Origin: Eledone cirrhosa
Lineage: Eukaryota
DNA: 64,000 nt
Direction: 5' to 3'
NCBI GenBank assembly: GCA_964016885.1
Contig: OZ024743.1
Span: 258,602,001 to 258,666,000 of the forward strand
Shown here: positions 11,555 to 25,538 of the stretch, one piece after another
How positions within the stretch are numbered: position 1 is the stretch's first letter
Layout of the letters: each line of letters begins with the position of its first letter
Translations under genes and position numbers: made by a program
The notes under the pieces: generated by a model
What the model was told of the DNA's origin: nothing
Seen by the model: only the letters and a program-made list of their open reading frames with translations
The model's database searches: none

Positions 11555-11635
11555 TATATATATATATCGATATAGATGTATATACACACGTATATATATA
11601 TATTATGATGATGATGATGATGATGATGATTATTT

Positions 11636-11721
11636 ATTATTAATATTCGAAAAACTCAGATTACATTTATTGTATCCAGCCATGTAGAGCGATAAACTAT
11701 TTGTTACTTTATATATATATA

Positions 11722-11759
<38 letters not shown>

Positions 11760-12301
11760 TATATATATATAAAGTAACAAATAGTTTATCGCTCTACATG
11801 GCTGAATACAATAAATGTAATCTGAGTTTTTCGAATATTAATAATAATGTTTGATTTGTTTGCAATTATGCAAACAGCCTCTTTAAGCCATGTCAGTAGA
11901 ATAACCCTATCATTCTTGTTCTTGTGTTGGCATATAAACAGAATGGCAGGCACTAATGTTTCTGGGTGATTACCTTTCATCAGTACTGTATACTGCTTAC
12001 CTGCCAACTGTCAGAGCTAGTGAAAATATAGGATATTTTCCTAAATATACAGTGACTGATTGGATTGATTTGCATATTAACAGACTGCCTGATCAACAGA
12101 TCTGCATATTAGCAGACCCACTGATCAGCCAGATTTACATATCAACAGATAGGCCAGTCAGATTCATGTATACAAGTGATTAATGGCCGGCTTTGCCATA
12201 TTCTAACAAATAGTTTTATCGCCCTACATGGCTGAATACAATAAATGTAATCTGAAGTTTTCGAATATTAATAATAATATTTGATTCGTTTGCAATTATG
12301 C

Positions 12302-12304
<3 letters not shown>
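11636..12304 (-). repeat. Partial tandem (pLTR/retrozyme-like) repeat with hammerhead motif, plus an inverted terminal copy
   Basis: Direct repeats about 11776-11870 and 12204-12304. Inverted copy 11636-11712. CUGAUGA..GAAA on the minus strand at 11946-11986. Confidence 0.7.
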
Positions 12305-12343
<39 letters not shown>

Positions 12344-12517
12344 GTATATAAACAATTATATATACATATATGTATATATACATATGTATATATACAAATA
12401 TATATATGTATATACACACATGTATATATACAAATATATATATATACAATTATATATACACACATGTATATATACAATTATATATACATATATACACACA
12501 CATATGTATATATATAC

Positions 12518-12560
<43 letters not shown>

Positions 12561-13089
12561 TATACAATTATATATATATATATAAGAATATAAAAAACAA
12601 CAACGCAGGCGTACAAGTTACAAATGGTATTAGGTTCACGCTTAGTGAGAGTGGGTGGGGGTCACCAGATATATACACATTCAAAAATATAGAGACACTC
12701 ATATATATATATCTATGCATTTATATACATATTTGCATGTGTATGTTAGTATGTGTACATAAGAAAATGCAATTAATTTCCATTAATAACACACTCAACT
12801 CATTATAATTCAATAAATGCTGTTGTTTCAGAAAATAACATTACATATATATATATACATATATATATATATTTCTTCTGGTTCAAGAAAAAATAGTCTC
12901 TCACTCCATAATCTCTTGTTTATAAATCTAAATATAATTATTGTTAACTTCTACATATAACATATTGCCACAAATCACAACACACCTCTTTCTTCATCAT
13001 CTGAATTGACACAGATTCAAATAAATAAAGATGCATGATGCATTTACTTTTGCCATTCTAGTTCACTTATCAATGTCTTTGGCATTTTT

Positions 13090-13335
13090 ACATTGTCTCC
13101 AGCTCAGCCTCCCCCCAGGTGTCATTTTCTTTCAGCAACTCCTCTCTAAGGTTCAGCATTTTTAAGCCAGCTCTCATCACTTCTGCTCAAGTTTTCCTTG
13201 GTCTTCCACTACCACAGCTTCCTTCTATTAGGATCTCTTGCCATTTCTTTCTCCAATGATCATCACCCTTACACATCACATATCCATACCAACACAATCT
13301 TCTTTCTTTGCACACTACATCTGATTCCACTTACA
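13090..13335 (-). pseudogene. Old RTE C-terminal remnant
   Basis: Minus strand encodes QERRLCWYGYVM and GRPRKT-like motifs. Confidence 0.6.
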
Positions 13336-14497
13336 AATATATCATCATCATCATTTAATTACTACTTCCCATGCTAGGAAGAGCTGGATGGGTCTACATT
13401 GACCAAGTCATAAGTCAGTACTGAAGCAGGGCTTCTGACCTCCAAGACAATCCAGGGAGGAACTGCATCTCATTTACATGTGGTGTCATATACTATCAAA
13501 TGCACGGGTGAGGTTGCCATGTCAACCCTTTTTTTCTTAGCATAGTTTCTACAGCATGGTGTTCTTCCTATTGCCAACCGCCTTCCATAGTGTACTAGAC
13601 TTGTCCTTGTCTCAATGGAAGAGTCCTCTCTGCTCTGTGTGGAAGGGGATGATTGAAGGGAGATAAGCATGAAGGTGTGGCAAGTGTGGTGTGATTTTCC
13701 AGGCTGATGAGTGGGGAAAGAGATGCAATGGTGAGAACATTAAGTGATGTAGGTGGGAGGCTTGGATGGTTTGATCATTAGTACTGGGGTGAGGTTGGTG
13801 CTCACCAGTGCTGGATGGGGAGGTATAGTCATGGAGAGAATAGCTAAGGGGTGATAGTGGAGAGGACATTGTTAGGAGTGCATTGAGATGAAGAGAGTAT
13901 CATCTAGGGTGCAACAGTGAGTGTATCTAAGGGCTTTTAAAGAGGCAGCAACTAAGGAGTGAATCCTGGATGGGGCATGAGTGGGGTGGGGTGTATTGAT
14001 GGTGGGGAGGGTTACTAGGAAGTGCTAGTGGAAGGGGGCATGGGGCTAAGTCAATTTCTGTGCATTTGATTTTGGGGATTGTCATGAGCAATTCTATAGA
14101 CTTGACTACTTAACACACCAAAGCAGACAGAATTTGGGTTTGCCATGTTCACTAAACCATGACACTCCCAATTTTTTGGCACAAAAACTACATCAAAATT
14201 CTATTCCAATCCACATGATCATCCACAACCAATCAAATTGTACTTTAAATAAATAGCAATCTGAGCCACTTTTTTGGTGTAAAATGGAAAGAAATTTTCC
14301 AATCTATCTGATGCTAGACACATCTCTCCATCTCACTTAACTTTTGAAAATCATTAAACTATGAAACCAGGAAAGGTATTGTGAATAAATCTTCTTAAAG
14401 ACTCCAATTGCATTTTCAATTTTTTCATATCTTTTACCCATGTAGAGCATAAAAAAACTTACTTTCCTATATATAAATATATATATATGTGTGTTTG

Positions 14498-14644
14498 TGT
14501 AAGTCCCAAGTTTAATTGGAGATAACCATAGTTAGTAAGGTACTCAATACATTCGTAGAGTGTAAACATCAAGTTTGATATAGAAATCACTTCTGAATGA
14601 AACAGTTCTAGTCCTGTAGAAGCCATTTCTATATTAAACTTGAT
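14498..14644. repeat. Short hairpin element with hammerhead 3' half
   Basis: IR 14568-14594/14618-14644. The loop has GAAA-CAG..CUG-UA. GTACTCAATAC motif at 14540. Confidence 0.55.
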
Positions 14645-14698
14645 ATAAATATATATATATCATCATCATCATCGTTTAACATTCATTTTCCATGCTAG

Positions 14699-14730
<32 letters not shown>

Positions 14731-14735
<5 letters not shown>

Positions 14736-16642
14736 TAGTAAAAAGGAAAAGAAAATGCTGACAAATTTTTCCCAGTGAAAAATAGTTTAATTAGGAATAA
14801 ATATAAATTAGTAATAAGTATTGGTTAGTATTCAGTTTTAGTTTTAAGTTTTTACCGATTGCGCATTTCTAATGCTTTTCAAAAATAATTTTGAGATAGA
14901 GCGCTCGTGATGTCTGCTCTAATCTGATCAGTTTTGGAAATTCTTCCTGTTTTATGTGAAAAAAGTGGCTCCAGAGGTATTAAGATTTGGTTGGTTGTCA
15001 CGTGAATAAGTACTATAAATTTCGCACCAATTCGTGTTGCAAAAATTCTTGTAGTCAAAACAATTTTGATTGGTCGATAGAGGTCACGTGAATGTTAAAA
15101 ATTGATTTTAGCACGAACTGGTTTGGCGCCAAATGTAGGTTTGTCGAAGAGTGTCCTTTTTCGCTTGATTGAGTTGCAGTCATGTTGAGAAGTCACTGAA
15201 AAACATGTCTATTAAGACAAATATGTGTGTGTGTGTGTGTGTAGTAAAGAGGTTCATTGTTGTGATAATGGTCAGTGGGGATGTGTGTGTGAGTTGCAGT
15301 CATGTTGAAAGGTCAACAGTTCAGGTGTCTATTAAGACAAATATGTATGTGTGTGTGTAGCAGAGTGGTTCATGGTAGAGGGGATGTGTGTGTACGTGTA
15401 TTTTAACATGTTGAAACGTATTTTTCAGCACTTGTCTTATACGGAGAAATGTATGTGTGTGTATATATGTGTGTGTGTGTGTGGATGGACCAGTATTTTT
15501 GTGATACTGGTAAAAATGGTGTACATTATTCGATATTTTCAGTCATTTGCAAAAACGATTCTCTCAAAAGAACATCAAAAACATCAATAATAAAAGAGGT
15601 GAAATGATGTATAGTATTGACATAACACCAAGGTGTGTGTGAGTGTCCAGATTTGTACACAAGTATCCCATATGGCAGGGCCTAATGGATTCCCCTTGCA
15701 GTACGTACAATCTGGACACTCACACGCCTTGGTGTTATGACAATACTATACATCATTTCACCTCTTTTATTATTGATGTTTTTGATGTTCTTTTGAGAGA
15801 ATCGTTTTTGCAAATGACTGAAAATATCGAATAATGTACACCAGTATCACAAAAATACTGGTCCATCCACACACACACATACATACACACACATACATAC
15901 ACACGTGTACACTAATATACACACGCGTACACTAACATACAAACAGACACACACACACACTTCTCCGTATAATACAAGAGCTGAAAAATATGTTTCAACA
16001 TGTTAAAATACCCCCACCTGAACTGTTGACCTTTCAACATGACAGCAACTCACACACACATCCCCACTGACCATTATCACAACAACGAACCTCTTTACTA
16101 CACACACACACACACACATATTTGTCTTAATAGACATGTTTTTCAGTGACTTCTCAACATGACTGCAACTCAATCAAGCGAAAAAGGACACTCTTCGACA
16201 AACCTACATTTAGCGTCAAACCACTTCGCGCTAAAATCAATTTTTAACATTCACGTGACCTCTACCGACCAATCAAAATTGTTTTGACTACAAGAATTTT
16301 TGCAATACGAACTGGTGCGGAATTTATAGTACTTATTCACGTGACAACCAACCAAATCTTAATACCTCTGGAGCCACTTTTTTTACATAAAACAGGAAGA
16401 ATTTCCAAAACTGATCAGATTAGAGCAAACATCACGAACGCTCGATCTCAAAATTATTTTTGAAAAGCATTAGAAATGCGCAACCGGTGAAAACTTAAAA
16501 CTAAAACTGAATACTAACCAATACTTATTACTAATTTATACTTTTTCCTAATTAAACTTTTTTCACTGGGAAAAATTTGTCAGCATTTTCTTTTCCTTTT
16601 TACTAATATATCACAACTCGTGTGTCACACCTCTATTTTTTT

Positions 16643-16645
<3 letters not shown>
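14731..16645. repeat. Large inverted repeat with arms of about 0.9 kb, between (TA)n tracts
   Basis: 14731-15658 is the reverse complement of 15705-16610 with scattered substitutions and indels. Short right extension. Confidence 0.95.
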
Positions 16646-16683
<38 letters not shown>

Positions 16684-17996
16684 GTGAATACATATTATAC
16701 AATGGGCTTCTACATAGTTTCTGTCTACGAAATTTCACTAACAAAGCAATGGTCAACATCGAGGCTATAGTTGAAGACATTTTCCAAATATGTCAGACAC
16801 CAAAACCACATAGTTCAAAGCAAACTACTTAACTATTCAACAATACCTGCAAATACATATATTTTAACATTGAAATTATTGTAAGAATGACAAATGAGGG
16901 GGGAAAATATTATCACATCACCAAGTAAGATAATAACTAAGCTCCTTTTTATTTTATTCATTATTTGATGTTGAATTTAAACAAATAGGTATGTTTGTCT
17001 ATTTAGTAAACCATACATGGTTTATGAGTGGCACTGATAAAGCTGAAGGCTGCCTTTCTGCAGCTGAAAGCTGGATCGTCTTTGCAATTTTATTTTTTTT
17101 GTTTGTTTTTTGTTTTGTTTTTCAAGGGGGGGGGGGGGGGGGGGGCATAAAATAAACAAGAGAGTTCAAAGAAAATCATTGTGAATTAATTTTTTTTTAA
17201 ATAGTTATCTTTTGTGACATTTCTGTCAGAGTGAATCCTAATAAAAAAACTGTTCATGACAAATGCAAAATACATCCCTCTCTCTCTCTCTCAATAATTT
17301 GTAAACATCTTCAGTGCTTATGGGTTCATTTGTTGGAGTTAGTTTTTTTTTGTATTGCCAGTAGCAATAGTTAGTTTGCCTTGTCATATTGACAGAGAAC
17401 ACTGACACCACAAAAATTCTGGAAATGAATTCTGGTAGAAAATCACTGATTTAGTTGGGGAAAAAATATATAAAGGTAGCAATCACAAAAGTTTTTTTTA
17501 AAAAACACCAAAAACATGTTCTAATGTTTAATGAAAGACACTGCCTATGACACAAGATAAGGTTGAGTAGCCATGTTTTGTTCATATGTTGTAAATTTTG
17601 ACAAAGTTTCTATTGCATGATGCCCTCCATAACATTGACTATTTTAAAGAGTTTGCTGGGTGCAGTTTATTAGAACCCCACCACTAGAACATTTGTCACA
17701 TCTTTGACATAATAGAAGAGTCCTCACAACAATCTTTGGCATAGCTTCTATAGCTGGATGCTATTCTTAATGTTGACCACTTTACAGAGTGTACTGAATC
17801 TCTTCTTCCTATTATTATTGCATTCTTTTACTGGTCTCTGTCATTAAACTGTGTCCATACTGGGACGCTGCCATGATTTAGTCAATCATATCGACCCCAG
17901 TACTTATTTATATCAAGTCTGATGCTTATTTTGTCAATATCTCTTTTGTCAAACTGCTAAACAGTAAAATGCAAACACAGATACAGACTAATATAT

Positions 17997-18047
<51 letters not shown>

Positions 18048-18052
18048 TACAT

Positions 18053-18156
<104 letters not shown>

Positions 18157-20479
18157 AAAACAGGCTTCAACATAGTTTCAGTTTACCAAATTTCTTTCAC
18201 AAGATATCAGTCAACTTGTGGCAATAGAAGCAACTTACAGAAAGTCCTATGTAGTGTGACTGAACCTGAAACCATGTAGTTACAAAGTGTACGCTTTAAC
18301 CACACAGTTATGCTTATGCCTCTTAGAATAATACATTCTAAAATTTAAAAAATTAAAAGAACTGTTGGATTGTTGGAAGGTTTGGGGTAATAAAGAAGAT
18401 AGTTATCTCTTCTTAAATCTTAAATGAGATTAAAAGACTTATAAGTAGCAGACTTTATTACAATTCATATGATGCAATTTAAAAACTGCACCAAATCTAT
18501 ATATAATCAAGAATCACAATCAAGATTGTTCAATGTACACACCAAGATGGACACAAAAAAACCCATATGCACTACCACCAGAGGTACCATGATCATCACC
18601 GTGGCTATCATCGTAGTCATTGTCATCATAATCATCATCATCCTCATCATCATGGTCATTGTAGTTATTGTCATCAATGTTGTCATCGTCATCATTATTT
18701 TCATGGAGGGACTGAAAAAATGACAACTTTCAAACATAAGAACAACACTTGGCACTCTCCTCTGAATTTGTTTCTTCAATTGTTCTTTTGATTTAGGGAT
18801 TTTATCCCACAATATTAAGGGTTATTAAACAATTCCAGGGTAACATTCCAACATTTTCATTGTAATTATTTTTAACACTTAATGTCCTATTGGCATTGCT
18901 GTAACCATCTAACAAAACACAGGATTTGCTACACTTTGCACAATACTTCAAGCAAGCTACAACACCCTCTGATGATGATAATGATTAAACACTTAAAAAC
19001 AAACAATTCTGTATTACCAAGGACAGTTTCAGATGGTTCAGTATCAAAAAGGTTTAAAAAGCCCAAATATTAATATTGCAGAAAAAAATGATGTTGAAAT
19101 ATTTTTGTATTAATTTGTTCATTTTTGTTTTTGATTTGTTTATTTACTTGGTATGTATTAATTTGGCAGATACTAATGATGATCCTAATTTTCACAAAAT
19201 ATATCTGACCATACTAATAAAAATCTTTTAATCTCATTTAAGATTTAATAAGGGATGAATATTTTTATTACAAGTAACTAACCAAACAACCAGCCAACCA
19301 ACTAACAACCAACCAACCAACAGCTCATATTTAAAAAAGAAAATGTATTATAGCAGGTGGCAGAAATTCCAAAATCTATAGTGGAACAAATTTCAAAATT
19401 AATAAAATAAAAAAAGAATTCCATTTAAAAGTTTGAAATACTAAAATATTAAACAACCCCCAAAGTTAATAATTTTGAGTAAAAAAGACTTTCAGAATAA
19501 TTTGTAAGTGCTTAAAGTTTTTCAACAAAGTTTTTTTTATTTTTATTTTCTCTATTTTTTATGTCGTATATTTTAATTTCACAAAGAAATATCCTACTTT
19601 TCTCAGAATGTAGGTGACCACACTGTAGTTAATTATAAATAGACACAATGTGGTGCCAGAGTTAGTATTATAAGTTACCAAAATTGTTTAATTTGATGAG
19701 AAACTAATAACATTCAAAAATTCCTTCACCATTCATTCTTAACCAATTTCTTGGGAGAAATTAATCAGACTTGAAGACTTTTCTAATTCTATAACTTGAC
19801 AATTTTCTGCTTAAAACTATAATTTGGTTTCATTTCATTTTGTTTCTGTTCAGTACATATGATAAAGAAGATTATCATTTAACTCTAAAAAAAAATGGTT
19901 GATAATGATGTTGTCTATTATTATTACTACATACAATATTATTATTATTATTATCTGGCTAACTGTAAATTAATATAGAAATACTGCGAGAAATTGTTAT
20001 CCTTATGTTTGTTATTTTACAGACATGTTGGTAACATAGTGATAATGTAGCAGAGGTGTTAGAGAGGTGGATAAAATTATTTTAGATATTTATTTTTTTA
20101 GATATCTGCTATCTAAGTCTCAGTTCAAATCCTGTCATAGCTAATTTTGCCTTCCATCTTTCTGAGGCTGATAAATACAAAACCAGTCATGCACCAGGGT
20201 GGACATTCCTATCCCTCTAAATCTTGTGCCTGAATTAGAAAACATTGTTATTCTTATAATAGTCTCAGTAACATAACTGACAAAATATTTTGGGGTATTT
20301 AGTTTGGAATTTCTATGTCCTTGTTCAAATCCTGTTGTGTTCAACTTTACTTTTCATACTTCTACAGAGTGGTGCAGATAAATCCACAAAAAGTTAATGG
20401 ATAATAAAAACAGCGTTTTTTAAATAACAAATTAATATATTTCAATGAAACTTTATACATAGTTAGGCACATATAAAAG

Positions 20480-20960
20480 GTACAAAAATCACTGTGTGGT
20501 CCTGGCTTTGTGGGCAGAGGTGGAGTCCTGTTGAAAGGCGTAGGGGCTCCCATTAGCCACCCTGTCCATCTAGCATTTGACGTGATCATCCAGGAGCCTT
20601 ATGTAGCCATTGGCATCAAGGCAGATGCCGCTGGGGATGAACTTGGGTGTCTGGTAGCACCAGAGTGCTTTGTATGAGTTTTGCATTCTAGCCTGAAATT
20701 GTCCTTGTCGACTGAGGCCCCATATACCTTTGCAAGGCCGTAGACATGGTTTTAGGGTATTTAAACCATTCAATGATTTCCTTGGCTTTGAGGCTAGTGC
20801 AAAGGCTCTCCACAACAGCAGCTCAATAATTGTATTCTGAAGGCATGTTGATTACTAAGCACCATGTGCATCAATGGCTAGATACCTACTGAGGTGCAGT
20901 ACTTTCTAATGGTGCTCTTGAAACTTCACTATGCTGTGACGTCATGATGCTGTTGTCATG
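20480..20960 (-). pseudogene. Degenerate Tc1/mariner (maT-like) transposase remnant
   Basis: Pieces PKFIPSGICLDANGYIRLL and PYAFQQDSTSAHKARTTQ parallel the 37.4-38.5 kb transposase. Confidence 0.6.
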
Positions 20961-21338
20961 TATAAATTTTAGATTTATCGGCACCACACTGTAGAATTAA
21001 TAAAATTAAATAGCAGTTAAATATGGGAATAAATATAATTGATTTTTCCCTGCCTTCAAAATTGCTGGTCTTATGCCTATGTTAGAAACAATTCTTATTA
21101 TAAACCATTAGAAAATTGAACAGAATGTGTTGTGGTATTCAGATACATCTCTTTACATTCTGAAATAAATAAAAACCTGTTACACTCTGCTCAAAAGAAG
21201 TAAACACAAATTTAAGAAACATGTTGAAACTTTTGTATAACAGATGAAACGCTTGCCTTAAATATCTTGGAAACCATTTAATTTGTTACAAGTAGTTCCA
21301 TTTTTGAGGAAAATAATAATGGGAAAAACTAACTTTAA

Positions 21339-21571
21339 TCCTTTAGCATTTACATTACTCTATATTTTTTATTATATTTTCATGTTAAAGGCTTTACCTC
21401 ACATAATTATTACACATAATATCTCACATAATATCGAATCTATGAGATTTTGATATTATTTATTTCGAAAACAATACCTTAACATCAGTATGAATGACCA
21501 GTTACAGCCAGTTTGAGCAGAAAGAGGTGAGAGAAATCTGGTCGGATACAGCTGGTTTAAATGCTAAAGGG
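21339..21571. mobile_element. piggyBac-type MITE
   Basis: TTAA on both sides (21335-38, 21572-75). 14-bp TIR (T/C)CCTTTAGCATTTA / TAAATGCTAAAGGG. No ORF. Confidence 0.7.
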
Positions 21572-22288
21572 TTAATATATAAAATTCTTAGAATAATTAA
21601 AAACACAACTGTTTACTTCACATTAATCTCAATAAATATGTATACAATATATATCCAATATATATGCATGTGTCGTCATCATCATCATCATAATTCAATG
21701 CCTACTTTCCCTGCTAGCAAGGTTTGGACAGGTCTTCACAGACCTAGTCTGTATTGAAGTAGTGCCACTGACCTCCCAGTCTGTTTACATATAGGTGACT
21801 GTAAGTGTATATATGTTGCTGTCTATGCATTTTTCTAAATTCATGTGAGCACTTGTGTGTGTCTGTTTGTGTGCCAGTGTTTCAGTGTGTTTGTAATGTT
21901 TTTAATGAACAAGTTGTCTTCTATAAATAAATTAATTTTGGTAATACTTTATTTTCAGATCACAAAGTAGTTTTAGTATGTTCTATGATTGAAGATAACA
22001 TGTTTTTTTTTTGTTTTTTTTTTCAGTTGTATCAATATAATTCTCATTTATATCAACGAAAATTGGTATCTTTACCAAAGTTATAAAGAAACAAAGTCAG
22101 GAGCAGTACAGTGTATTTATATTGTCTTATATATGTATGTGTTGATCAACCTGTGGTACAATGCTGTGGGACTGAATATGAAACCACTTATTCCAAAGGT
22201 AACACCTTAACAACGAAGCCAGGCCTGAATCTATGAATATATGTGAGTGAGTTTGCATCTATCTCTCTCTCTCTCTATATATATATAT

Positions 22289-23699
22289 ATTGCTCTTCAG
22301 GCTATAACAGAGGAGGTCAAGACCGGCTGCCCATGGGAACTCCTATACGCATATGACCTAACGCTCATAGCTGAATCAATGGCCGAGCTAGAGAAGAAAT
22401 TCCAAACATGGCAGCACGGCCTAGAATCAAAAGGCCTTAAAATTAACCTGGCTAAGACTAAAGTACTAGTTTGTAGGAAAGAAAATAAGGCGCCGGCCCC
22501 TTCCGGGAAATGGCCATGCTCAGTGTGTAGGAAAGGCGTAGGTAGAAACTCCATTTTATGTCCCAAATGCAAAGTATGGGTGCATAAAAGATGTAGTGGA
22601 ATCACAGGTAAGCTAACTAAGAACACAGATTTTACATGTGGCCGGTGCTCTGGTGCAATAAGTAGCAGCAAGTGCCCACAAAATACTAGCTCTTTCAACT
22701 GCGCAGAGGGTTCTATAGAAATAGTGGACAGCTTCCGTTACCTGGGTGACAAAATCAGCAGTGGGGGAGGGTGCTCTGAAAGTACAGTAGCTAGAGTCAG
22801 AACTGGATGGAAAAAGTTCAGAGAGCTTATACCACTATTAGCCACTAAAGGGTTCTCCCTAAAAATGAGAGGCAGGTTGTATGATGCCTGCATACGAACA
22901 GCAATGTTGCATGGCAGTGAGACCTGGGCATTGTGTGCAGAGGATATACGCAGACTAGAGAGGAACGAAGCTTGCATGCTCCGCTGGATGTGTAATAGTA
23001 ATTTACGTGAACGGCAAAGCATAAACGAACTAAGGAAAAAATTAGAAATAAGAGGGATCAGATGTTGTTTACTCGAGAGAAGGCTACGTTGGTATGGTCA
23101 CGTGATGCGCATGAAAGACGACAGCTGTATAGCAAAGTGCAGGGCAATAAAGATAGACGGTAGCCACGGAGTAGGCAGACCCAGAGAAACCTGGGACGAG
23201 CTGATAAATTCCGACCTCACACACTTACACCTCTCCAAGACAATGTCACTGGACCGAGACCTTTGGTGGTACTCAGTAATAGAGAAGACCTGCCTTACCT
23301 AAATACAAAGTAAAACCTACTACAGTCAGTAGGCATCTCTAACAAAATACACCCCGTCTCACCACCCCCACCCCATCCACACCGCCCCTTTCAATGTAAA
23401 GTTATGTTGGTGCCACAAAATCCAGGCCGAAACAAATGAGATCGTGTAGGTGTCACGACAAAAAAACACACAGTCCACGCTGTAATGTGACCGTGTAGGC
23501 AACACGGTAAAAACCTCCCAGCCCCACACTGTAAATGTGGTTGGTGTTAGGAAGGGCATCCAACTGTAGAAAACCCGCCAGACAGTCCTATGCGAGCAAG
23601 ACAACCACTCTTGCCTCAAGTGGGAAAACTCCCGTCCAAACCCATGCAAGCGTGGAACATGGACGTTAAACGATGATGATGATGATGATGATGATGATG
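22289..23699 (+). mobile_element. RTE family B, 5'-truncated copy with 3'UTR and (GAT)n tail
   Basis: ORF to 23302 with YAYD (mutated YADD), PHD-like finger and RRLRWYGHVMR. Confidence 0.95.
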
Positions 23700-23731
23700 T
23701 ATATATACACACACACACACATATATATATA

Positions 23732-24630
23732 TATCATCATCATCATCATCATCATCGTTTAACGTCCATTTTATGGGTTTGGACGGGAGTTTTTCCCACT
23801 TTGATAAATTTAAAAGCATATTACTTGGTGCTTTCAACAGTAAGGAAGAGCAATTAGAGTCGTACAATATAGAGGAACAGTGGGAATTCCTGAAAGCTAA
23901 CCTGCTGAAGGCGGCAGATGAAGTCTGTGGCTGAAGCAGGCCTATAGGCAGGAGGAGAGTAATGTGGTGGTGGAACAGTAAGGTGGAGGAGTCAATTAAG
24001 GCCAAAAAGCAGGCTTGGAAAGTATGGCGGGATGGGGAAGTAGAGAAGACTATCAAGTGGCCAGGAGGGAAGCTAGGAGACAAGTGTACTTTGCAAGAAG
24101 GGAAGCAGAGGAAAGAAAGTTCAATCATGTTCTACAATGCGAGGACCAAAAACGTGAGGTGTTCAGGATTGCTAGGCAATGTGTCAAGGAAAACCGTGAT
24201 ATTGTCGGGGAGAAGTGTGTCCTTAATGATGATGGTGTACTTGCCATCACTGACGCTGATAAGAAGGTAGCTTGAAAGTGTCACTACGAAAGGCTACTAA
24301 ATGAGGAGAATAAATGTACTTGCCTAAGTACAAAGCGAAACCTACAGTCAGTAGGCACCTCTAACAAAATACACCCCCGTCCCACTACCGCCACCCCATC
24401 CATACCACCCCCTTAAATGTGAAGTTATGTTGGTACCACAACATCCAGTCCGAAACAAATGAGGTCGTGTAGGTGTCACGACAAAAATACACACAGTCCA
24501 TGCTGTAATGTGGCCGTGTAGGTAACACGGTAAAAACCTCCCAGTCCACACTGTAAACGTGGTTGGTGTTAGGAAGGGCATCCAGCCGTAGAAAACCTGC
24601 CAGACAGTCCTATACGAGCAGGACAACCAA
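23732..24630 (+). mobile_element. Rearranged RTE-B: inverted 3' stub, internal ORF fragment, then a direct jump to the 3'UTR
   Basis: 23732-23802 is a minus-strand 3' end. 23803-24315 encodes the WWWNSKV..KCHYERLL region. 24317 onward matches the 3'UTR. Confidence 0.8.
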
Positions 24631-24677
24631 TCTATATATAGATATATATGAATAAAAATAGACAAGGGGTAAAATGT

Positions 24678-24722
<45 letters not shown>

Positions 24723-24992
24723 GGACATCCTGTTTTAAGGGCCATTATTATTCCTGTCATAAATTCCAGTTGCATTTTCTATAATGAGCGTTATATCTCT
24801 GTTATTACATATTATGTTAAATTAAAGAAATATATATATATGTGTGTGTGAGTATATATATATAACGAAGGAATTGTGGTAAGGAACCAGATGGACCATA
24901 ATGCACCAGAGTACTCAATTCTGCCGCGGGGTCATACTTTTTCCTATATATGCATATATGATGATGATGATATATATATATATATATATATA

Positions 24993-25538
<546 letters not shown>

